A stretch of 60,527 bases of DNA, the filler included, from an uncultured Myxococcia bacterium (GTDB lineage Bacteria; CAZTWC01): the NCBI GenBank assembly GCA_964617105.1. It is 33 parts of 33 records of this genome, joined end to end, with 100 filler letters (N's around TTAATTAATTAA, not from the genome) between each part and the next. Parts side by side here need not be neighbours in the genome. Positions count along the whole stretch, not along the records: positions 52,470 to 54,018 come from CAZTWC010000485.1; positions 54,119 to 55,658 come from CAZTWC010000486.1; positions 55,759 to 57,290 come from CAZTWC010000487.1; positions 57,391 to 58,909 come from CAZTWC010000488.1; positions 59,010 to 60,527 come from CAZTWC010000489.1; 28 more parts are not named here. One strand, 5' to 3'. The notes under the pieces were generated by a model. That model was not told the origin of the DNA. It saw only the letters and a program-made list of their open reading frames with translations, and ran no database searches. The position numbers and the translations under genes are program-made. Below are positions 53,458 through 60,527 of the stretch, in pieces. The first letter of the stretch is position 1; every line of letters begins with the position of its first letter.

Positions 53458-54018
53458 CTACGGTAAAACCTTATTCGACAAATAATAATCTCTTAGACCA
53501 GCACCCGCCCCAATACTCTCCGCTGCCAAATTACCCGCTGCCTCACCGGTGGCCCAACAACCGCCGATAACCCTGAGAAGATCCTGACCCTGACTGTCGG
53601 TGGAGACATGTCGTCCAGATACCAACAGTCCATTCACATCTTTGGGGACCAGACAGCCAATTGGAAAAGTGATCTTCTTACCATTTCGAGCCGGATGGCC
53701 AAAACTGCCGCCAGCGTCATCAAACAAGATCCCATTTTCCATCTCTTCACCTAAAACAGTTTTCATCCCTTCCAGCAGTCTGGTTTTTCTAACCCCTAAA
53801 TGGCTGGCCGTATGCATGATAATGGCCTCTTTAAAACCGGGGACATTTTTTTTTAGCATCTCAAAAGCAACAAAGTTATTTTCTCTGCCCTGACATTCAC
53901 CATCGGTAATAGCACCATCCAAAGTCATATCTTTAGAGGCTGTCCAAACATTTATCCAACAAACCCCCTTTTCCCAGTAAAAATCGGGGACAATATGGAT
54001 ATTATCACCGGTCTTTGC
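53458..54018 (-). CDS. FAD-dependent oxidoreductase C-terminus (5' partial)
   Basis: LGVR.TR, P..CLVPKDV.GLLVSGRHVS, CWATGEAAG. Confidence 0.8.
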   Translation of the reverse strand, partial: AKTGDNIHIVPDFYWEKGVCWINVWTASKDMTLDGAITDGECQGRENNFVAFEMLKKNVPGFKEAIIMHTASHLGVRKTRLLEGMKTVLGEEMENGILFDDAGGSFGHPARNGKKITFPIGCLVPKDVNGLLVSGRHVSTDSQGQDLLRVIGGCWATGEAAGNLAAESIGAGAGLRDYYLSNKVLP

Positions 54019-54119
54019 NNNNNNNNNNNNNNNNNNNNNNNNNNNNNNNNNNNNNNNNNNNNTTAATTAATTAANNNNNNNNNNNNNNNNNNNNNNNNNN
54101 NNNNNNNNNNNNNNNNNNC

Positions 54120-54345
54120 GGCTTGGCCTTGATAGTGATGTTATCCATGGCAGTCGGCCACATAAGGGCTGGCAGAGAGGAGATGATGCGTTCACTTGTA
54201 AAAGCGGCTTAGCAAATTAAAGGTCAGTATGTTTTCAGGCCTGATAGACAACCCGGGTGCCCTGGGGCGGAGCGAAGCCTGCAGCGGAGAACCAGTGCAC
54301 CCGGGTTGGCCTCGTGAACGAAATTTGCCACATGTCGAAATGCTC
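54120..54345 (+). mobile_element. Probable transposase C-terminus (54120-54212) and IS right end
   Basis: GLALIVMLSMAVGHIRAGREEMMRSLVKAA*; 12-bp inverted repeat 54249-54308; terminal ACATGTCGAAATGCTC also present at 7585-7600. Confidence 0.55.
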
Positions 54346-54431
54346 TTACCAATTATCTATTTTCATATAACCAAACATCTGGTAAAATATTATCTGTTTT
54401 AAAAGACGGAAATTTTAACCAAGGATACCCT

Positions 54432-55658
54432 ATGAAAATTCCTTATGGAGAATCAAACTTTGAGAAAATAGTCATAAATAACTTCTATTATGTCGATAGA
54501 ACTCACTATATTGAGATACTGGAAAATTTAAGCGAGAATTACCTGGTTTTTCTGCGGCCCCGGCGGTTTGGCAAGTCTTTGTTTTGTTCGATGCTGAGTT
54601 ATTACTATGATGTACAATACAAGGACAGATTTGATGAATTTTTTGGGGAGTACTATATTGGTAAGAAGCCGACAAAGCGAAAAAATAGTTACCTGGTGCT
54701 GAAGTTCGATTTTAGCGGGATAGAAACAGATACAAATGATAAATTATATTATGATTTTAGCAACAAAATCGCCAGAAGTATTACCCATTGTCTTTCTATG
54801 CAACGGTTAGCCAATCAAAACCAAATCGATAAAATTTGTGCCCACAAAACACCAGCCTCGATGATAGGCGAATTATTAGATTTTATTGAACTTAACTACG
54901 GTAATAAACTGTACGTTATAATTGACGAATACGATCTGTTTGCCAATGAACTTTTGGCCTTTAAACCCGATGAGTTTAAGCAACATTTTGGTTCCACCGG
55001 TTTTGTGCGAAAATTTTACGAACAAATAAAAGAGGGTACTCAACGGGGTACTGTTGATCGGGTCTTTATCACCGGTGTAACACCCATCGCCATGGATAGT
55101 TTATCCAGTGGGTTCAATATTACCAAAAACATTACTACCTTGCCGGAATTCAACCAGATGCTTGGTTTCACTGGCGAAGAAGTCCGCACCATAATCCAGC
55201 AGATTTGTACCGAATGCCAAGAGGTCAGGCCTCTTGACTGCCAGAAGATGTTTGATGATTTATGCCGATATTATGACGGGTATCTATTTAGTAAAGATTC
55301 TGTAGATAGAGTTTTCAATCCGGATATGATTTTGTACTTTGTCAGTGATTTTATTCGTAGTGAGCGTTGTAAATATCCTGACAACCTGATCGATAATAAT
55401 ATCATCTCCGATTACACTAAAATCCAGCAGATGTTCAAAATCGGTGATTATGAAAAAAACCTGGCAGTTATCGACCAACTCTTAAACCAGGGTGAGGTTT
55501 TAGCCTCTTTGATCGATACCAATTTAATTTCCGAGACTACCAACTGGAAATTCGGCAGTGAAGACAAATTTGTCAGTTTGATCTATTTTTTGGGTATTAT
55601 AAGCATAAAAAGAGCCCAGGACGATGATATCGTCTTTCAAATACCGAATTATGTAATC
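54432..55658 (+). CDS. AAA-ATPase-like family protein (3' partial)
   Basis: IPYGESNF, YYVDRT, RPRRFGKS, IIDEYD, FITGV, YYDGY, VFNPDM. Confidence 0.9.
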
Positions 55659-55758
55659 NNNNNNNNNNNNNNNNNNNNNNNNNNNNNNNNNNNNNNNNNN
55701 NNTTAATTAATTAANNNNNNNNNNNNNNNNNNNNNNNNNNNNNNNNNNNNNNNNNNNN

Positions 55759-56021
55759 TCATATGCGACAGTGTCTATTTTCTTGTTTTTAAGGTATTTT
55801 ATAAGGGGTATATCATCCTGGTGGGTGGTGGTGGCTACCACAATATTATTCAGCCCGGAAACTTTTTTTAATCTCTCTACAATATGCCAGATCATGGGAC
55901 GCCTGGCCAGGGTTCTCATCACTTTGCCCGGCAAGCGGGAGGATGACATTCTGGCCTGTACCAAGGCTACTACCTTGGCGGAGTTTAGGTTGGTATTATT
56001 ATTAATGGATTTAGTATTCAT
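55759..56021 (-). CDS. SpsF-like cytidylyltransferase (3' partial)
   Basis: QARMSSSRLPGKVM. Confidence 0.85.
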
Positions 56022-56110
56022 TGATTACAATTGGCTTGGTTGATAAAAATTGTTTTAATTGGCAATTTGTTTTCTAATCGGGGATTTGTATTATGGGCGT
56101 TAAAAGGGTA

Positions 56111-57223
56111 TCACTCCAAATAAAATTCTCTTATAGATTTGATAATATAGGAGATCTGTTCATCACTAAGGTGTTGATGAACCGGTAAAGTAAGCATATT
56201 TTCACACTGCCATTCGCAATTGGGAAAATCACCTTTTTTATAACCAAGATCTTGGCCCGCCTCTTGTAGATGAAGGGGAATCGGATAGTGTATTTTGGCT
56301 TCAACCCCATGTTTGTTCAGATGCTGCAGCAGATTGTCACGATCTTTAACAATTATCATGTATAGATGATATACGTATTTTTTGTTCAGTCGGCGGATAG
56401 GAATAGTGATAAAGGGTTTCAATTCACTATCAGGACCAAGTTCCCGGTCTAAACGGTTAGCAGCGGTAATCCGTTTGTCGGTTATCCATTCAAAATCTTT
56501 AATCAAATGGTTGCCCACCACTGCCTGCAGACTGTCCAGGCGGCTATTATACCCGAATATGGTCACATTATCCCGATCAGCCAGACCATGATTTCGTAAT
56601 AGAATCAATTTTTCTTTGATTTTTTTGCTGTTGGTGATTATTACCCCGCTGTCTCCCCAGACGTTAAGATTTTTGAGGGGGTGCAAACTGAAACCACCGG
56701 CTATGCCGATGGTGCCGCAGCATTTATCATTGACTTTGGCGCCAATGGCCTGGCAAGCATCCTCCACAACTGCTAATTTGTTTTTATCGGCAATTTCCAT
56801 TATATGGTCCATGTCCACCGCATGTCCGGCATAGTGCACCGGCATAATGGCTTTGGTCTTGCTGGTAACAGCAGTTTCGATTTTATTGGTATCAATAAGA
56901 AATTCATCATTTACATCCACAAAAACCGGTTTGGCTCCGGCAGCCACAATAGCGCCAACAGTGGCGATAAAAGTGTTGGGTGCAGTGATCACCTCATCAC
57001 CAGGTTTTATACCTGCTGCTTTAAGGGCCAAAAACAGGGCATCGGTACCGGAATTAACTCCAATAGCATATTCAGCCCCCAATTGCCGGGCAAAATTCTG
57101 CTCAAATTCCTGAACCGGTTTACCCAGGGTAAAGTCTCCGGTTTTAACTAATTTTTCAATATCTTTTAGAATTGACTTACAGTCAGAAAACTGCTGTTCT
57201 AAATATGAATATCCTACTTGCAT
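56111..57223 (-). CDS. DegT/DnrJ/EryC1/StrS aminotransferase
   Basis: NSGTDAL, EDACQA, FSLHPLKNL, GYNSRLD. Confidence 0.93.
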   Translation of the reverse strand: MQVGYSYLEQQFSDCKSILKDIEKLVKTGDFTLGKPVQEFEQNFARQLGAEYAIGVNSGTDALFLALKAAGIKPGDEVITAPNTFIATVGAIVAAGAKPVFVDVNDEFLIDTNKIETAVTSKTKAIMPVHYAGHAVDMDHIMEIADKNKLAVVEDACQAIGAKVNDKCCGTIGIAGGFSLHPLKNLNVWGDSGVIITNSKKIKEKLILLRNHGLADRDNVTIFGYNSRLDSLQAVVGNHLIKDFEWITDKRITAANRLDRELGPDSELKPFITIPIRRLNKKYVYHLYMIIVKDRDNLLQHLNKHGVEAKIHYPIPLHLQEAGQDLGYKKGDFPNCEWQCENMLTLPVHQHLSDEQISYIIKSIREFYLE

Positions 57224-57390
57224 TTAAACTCCTTTGACCAATAATTCTTTAAAATAAAATCGGTTGCGCCCAAATAAGTCAGGGAAAAACNNNNNNNNNN
57301 NNNNNNNNNNNNNNNNNNNNNNNNNNNNNNNNNNTTAATTAATTAANNNNNNNNNNNNNNNNNNNNNNNNNNNNNNNNNNNNNNNNNNNN

Positions 57391-58135
57391 AAGTGTGTTC
57401 TTCTTCGCCCTTTATCTTCACTCTCCTGCTGTTGTACTGCTCCTGAGACAAACCTTTTACTGTTCCAAAATACTTTTTACTTTCAAATAGTTGGCTCCCG
57501 TCCACCTTGATTTTTCTGTCTCTTCCAACAGTGTTTCTCTGTGTTCCCGAGGTCATCTCCTGTGAGTCTCCTGTGACTGTCGACTGTTTGCTGCCGGTGA
57601 TAATGGTCTTTATGCTATCGGCCATAACCACTACCTCGGATGAATCAGGTTTTACGATAAGTTTCTGGCCCTGTTTGCCCACAATGGCGATAGTGCCGGC
57701 CTTGAAAGAGTCACCCTTAAATCCATCTGGCACCCGGTTGTTGTAGAACACCGGCGCCTCCACATAAGGTCGGGTAACGTCTCCCTCGTAAAAAGAGACT
57801 GTCACCTCGGCACCAACCTCTGGCAGTGCCCAGATCCCGTAACCATCCTGAGCAAAGAAGCTGCTCACCGGCAGATTTGGCAAGTCCATAGTATTGGTAT
57901 CTGGTTTATTACTGCCATCACTGTCATCACTATTGCCACTATCGTCACTGGCTACTCCACCTGTGTCACCTGCTTCATCTACTCTTCTAATATCCTCCAC
58001 TACCACATCAACCCGATAATCATCCTCATTGACAGCCGCCACCTTGCCCAGCAGGGAGAGCCGCATGTGTGATCGCAGATCGGGTTTTATCTGCTCAACT
58101 AGTGTTTTCAATGCTTTTGCCAGAGCTTTATCCAT
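57391..58135 (-). CDS. Phage baseplate assembly protein V / spike (gp45/gp5 OB-fold; 3' partial)
   Basis: GKVAAV...YRVDV, GYGIWALPEVGAEV.V.FYEGD..RPY; beta-helix-like tail. Confidence 0.8.
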
Positions 58136-58150
58136 ATTCAAAAGACCCAA

Positions 58151-58870
58151 TTAGAAAATCCTGTTAAGCCACAAACTGCTCCTGGAACCCCTGTTGCCGG
58201 GGCCAAAGGAGTGACGTATTTTATTAATGAAATAGACGCTCTCTTCACTATCCAGTTCAACATCAATCAATTGACTATGAAACAGAGGCAACCCAACTGT
58301 TGTTATCTCCATGTGACCACCATCGTTTAATTTATAAACCAGGATATTTTTGCCATACTCCAGCCGATAACCGCAATGTTCCGCACTATCTTTGGAGTGC
58401 CAATGGAATTTCCCATCAGGACCAAACCAAAAGTCAAACTCAAGTCCAGTGCGGCGATTGATATAATAAATGGCCTCGGCAATGGTATTGTTCACCAATG
58501 GCAAACGGTTTAACGGCTTCTCGATCTGCTCTATTTCGTAATCAGTAACCTTTGCTGTCTCCAGCAATGACTGCACAATGGCGGTCGGTGTCTCAAACTG
58601 GAAAGCCCTGGTTATTCGGGTATCAAATAACAATGCAGCCCTATCAATAGCCTCAATGATGAGTTCATTACCCTGTTGCCAAATCTCCCTGATAAATCCG
58701 ATAAAAATCTGTTCAAGAATGTGACCTTCATAACCCCATCTGATGGCAATATTATCACCGGATTGGAACACTTTTGGGGCTACACTATTGGCAGCAGATG
58801 GAAGACACAGCAAACACAAAGCTGCTGGTTCCGAACAATTGGCTGAGATTTCAAAATCACCGATTTTCAT
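58151..58870 (-). CDS. Phage late control D / baseplate hub-like protein
   Basis: GD.I.I.WGY...IF.GFI.E...IEA.D; directly upstream of the V gene. Confidence 0.65.
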   Translation of the reverse strand: MKIGDFEISANCSEPAALCLLCLPSAANSVAPKVFQSGDNIAIRWGYEGHILEQIFIGFIREIWQQGNELIIEAIDRAALLFDTRITRAFQFETPTAIVQSLLETAKVTDYEIEQIEKPLNRLPLVNNTIAEAIYYINRRTGLEFDFWFGPDGKFHWHSKDSAEHCGYRLEYGKNILVYKLNDGGHMEITTVGLPLFHSQLIDVELDSEESVYFINKIRHSFGPGNRGSRSSLWLNRIF

Positions 58871-59483
58871 TCTGAAAATCTAGGTATCTCCTTCGAAATC
58901 AATTTGGAANNNNNNNNNNNNNNNNNNNNNNNNNNNNNNNNNNNNNNNNNNNNTTAATTAATTAANNNNNNNNNNNNNNNNNNNNNNNNNNNNNNNNNNN
59001 NNNNNNNNNTCGCACCATCCCCGGTAATTGGCACGGTGAATACAATCTGATTAAAATATATAAATTTATATATTATCGCAAGAGTAAAATTCTCCGCGTT
59101 ATATCAGTTTGTAAAAAATATTTTGGGCTACAAATAATAGATGCCAGATCGGCAAGTCATGTGGGATCCACAGAAACCGCAGCAGCATCAACAACAAATA
59201 TAACTGGTATAGGTAATCGAGCAGTAAATGTCACTGGAGGTTTAACTGGAAGTTCAGCTGGGAGCAGGGAGCGGGTAGTAAAAACAACGGTAATAGCAAT
59301 ATGAGCTCAGCAGTAGTACCAAATTTATTTATTCAATATTAACTCTGTATGAGAATCTCCTTTCTACGCAAGTTCAACTTTTTCCTTCTTGCACTTTACA
59401 TCGGATCAAAGAAAATAAAATTAAACACTTTTTTCTTTTTATTTTAGGGCGAGCCCTTAGAATGGTCGTGGGAGTCAAAGTTT

Positions 59484-60527
59484 TCAGGCTTTACCATTTT
59501 TTAACGGTCTCACCTTTTCCAGAGGAGGCAGGTGATCTTCTGGTTTTTTTGATGGTTTATCATTTTGCAGAATTTTGTTGATCAGATCTATTTTTTTACG
59601 GGTTTTCTTCACCCAGGGATTGCGCTCTCCAGTTCTTTCCGCCATCCATAATACCCGGGTGAACACATGGACTGCTTTTTTCAGTAACACTTTAATCTTG
59701 TCGCTCATCATCTCCGTATATACATCTCTCTCTTCTGAGCCCATCTCTTCCGGCTTGGGTATATCTATAATATCCTGGTACATCTTGTGATAGAGAGAAC
59801 CTACCCGATAACCGGCAGCAGTGGCCCAATAAGTATTTCCCACCCTAATAACTTTTATTAACTCCTTTTGAGCCGCCAACAACAATTTGGCTTTCTTTTC
59901 CAACATAGCAATAGCAAGAGCGTCATCCTCTTTGGTTTTGGGCAACGGCACTTTCAAGTCTGCAAACATCCCAGCCTTTACTTCGGCTCTCATGTAATGG
60001 AGTTTGGCAAAAATATAGGTGTCATAAAAAGATTGTTTTCTCTCCTCCCGGGAATAGATATGGATACCCCACCAGATAGTGTCTTCGGCCAGGGAATAGT
60101 TTTTCTGTTTTATCAGGCATAGAGACAATTGAGAAATGGCCTCCAACTTAGTGGAAACCGGCAAATTTTTATTGGCCAAATGGGAGAAAACCTTTTGGGC
60201 TTCAGAATATCTCTTCTGTTTGAGCAGACACTCTCCCTGGCGAAACCTGGCATCGGTTACATGTTTTGAATTGGGGAACTTAGAAAGCAGTCGCTGGTAA
60301 TTTTTGTCAGCCTCCTGGTATTGTGTGTCTTGTTCCAGGGCCAATCCCAGATTAAATAGGGCTGCCGGAAGGTGGATCGATTCAGGAAATTTTTCCACCA
60401 ATTTTTTAAAAAATTTAATTGCCCGGGGATAATCTTTTTTCTTGATACTGTCGTTTCCCAGGTTAAACAGGGTGTACACATCATAGTTGTCCAACCCCAA
60501 TTCCGCATCTACCTCTGCAGATATATA
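59484..60527 (-). CDS. TPR protein (BamD/CpoB-like; 5' partial)
   Basis: Repeated A...F..LV.KFP.S...ALFNLG TPR units. Confidence 0.75.
   Translation of the reverse strand, partial: YISAEVDAELGLDNYDVYTLFNLGNDSIKKKDYPRAIKFFKKLVEKFPESIHLPAALFNLGLALEQDTQYQEADKNYQRLLSKFPNSKHVTDARFRQGECLLKQKRYSEAQKVFSHLANKNLPVSTKLEAISQLSLCLIKQKNYSLAEDTIWWGIHIYSREERKQSFYDTYIFAKLHYMRAEVKAGMFADLKVPLPKTKEDDALAIAMLEKKAKLLLAAQKELIKVIRVGNTYWATAAGYRVGSLYHKMYQDIIDIPKPEEMGSEERDVYTEMMSDKIKVLLKKAVHVFTRVLWMAERTGERNPWVKKTRKKIDLINKILQNDKPSKKPEDHLPPLEKVRPLKNGKA

Noticed and set aside
2007-59009. Regularly spaced TTAATTAATTAA repeats
   Set aside because: Artificial linkers embedded in N runs; not a biological repeat or CRISPR array
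59010-59350. CAG/CAA-rich stretch with a short Thr/Gly-rich frame
   Set aside because: No convincing start, domain or repeat unit on either strand

Overview
This window is not one locus. It is 33 short contigs (about 1.5-2.0 kb each) joined by 32 artificial 100-bp linkers (N44-TTAATTAATTAA-N44, stops in all frames), typical of the small-contig tail of a metagenome-assembled genome. Gene content suggests a deltaproteobacterium-like organism (inference only): AhbD radical SAM, a multiheme cytochrome, a PilZ-REC protein and a lipoprotein with CDGxDNDCDG repeats. Adjacency is meaningful only within a contig. Besides housekeeping and signalling fragments, the window is rich in mobile and defence DNA: pieces of an apparently multi-copy contractile-tailed prophage (baseplate V/gp25/J/I, late control D-like, two muF C-termini, terS-like, Mor-like, integrase tail), many toxin-antitoxin genes, two Rpn genes with internal RpnS starts, and IS21-like, IS91, rve and RAYT elements. 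The strongest signal is two paralogous diversity-generating retroelement (DGR) template cassettes (truncated avd + TR1; HRDC + RAYT + TR2). Their 3' spacers share a covarying stem and a probable pseudoknot. Neither a reverse transcriptase nor a target gene is in the window. An AAA-ATPase gene follows TR1, and a yhcG nuclease gene may follow TR2 through an exact 55-bp contig overlap. No rRNA, tRNA or CRISPR array was seen.
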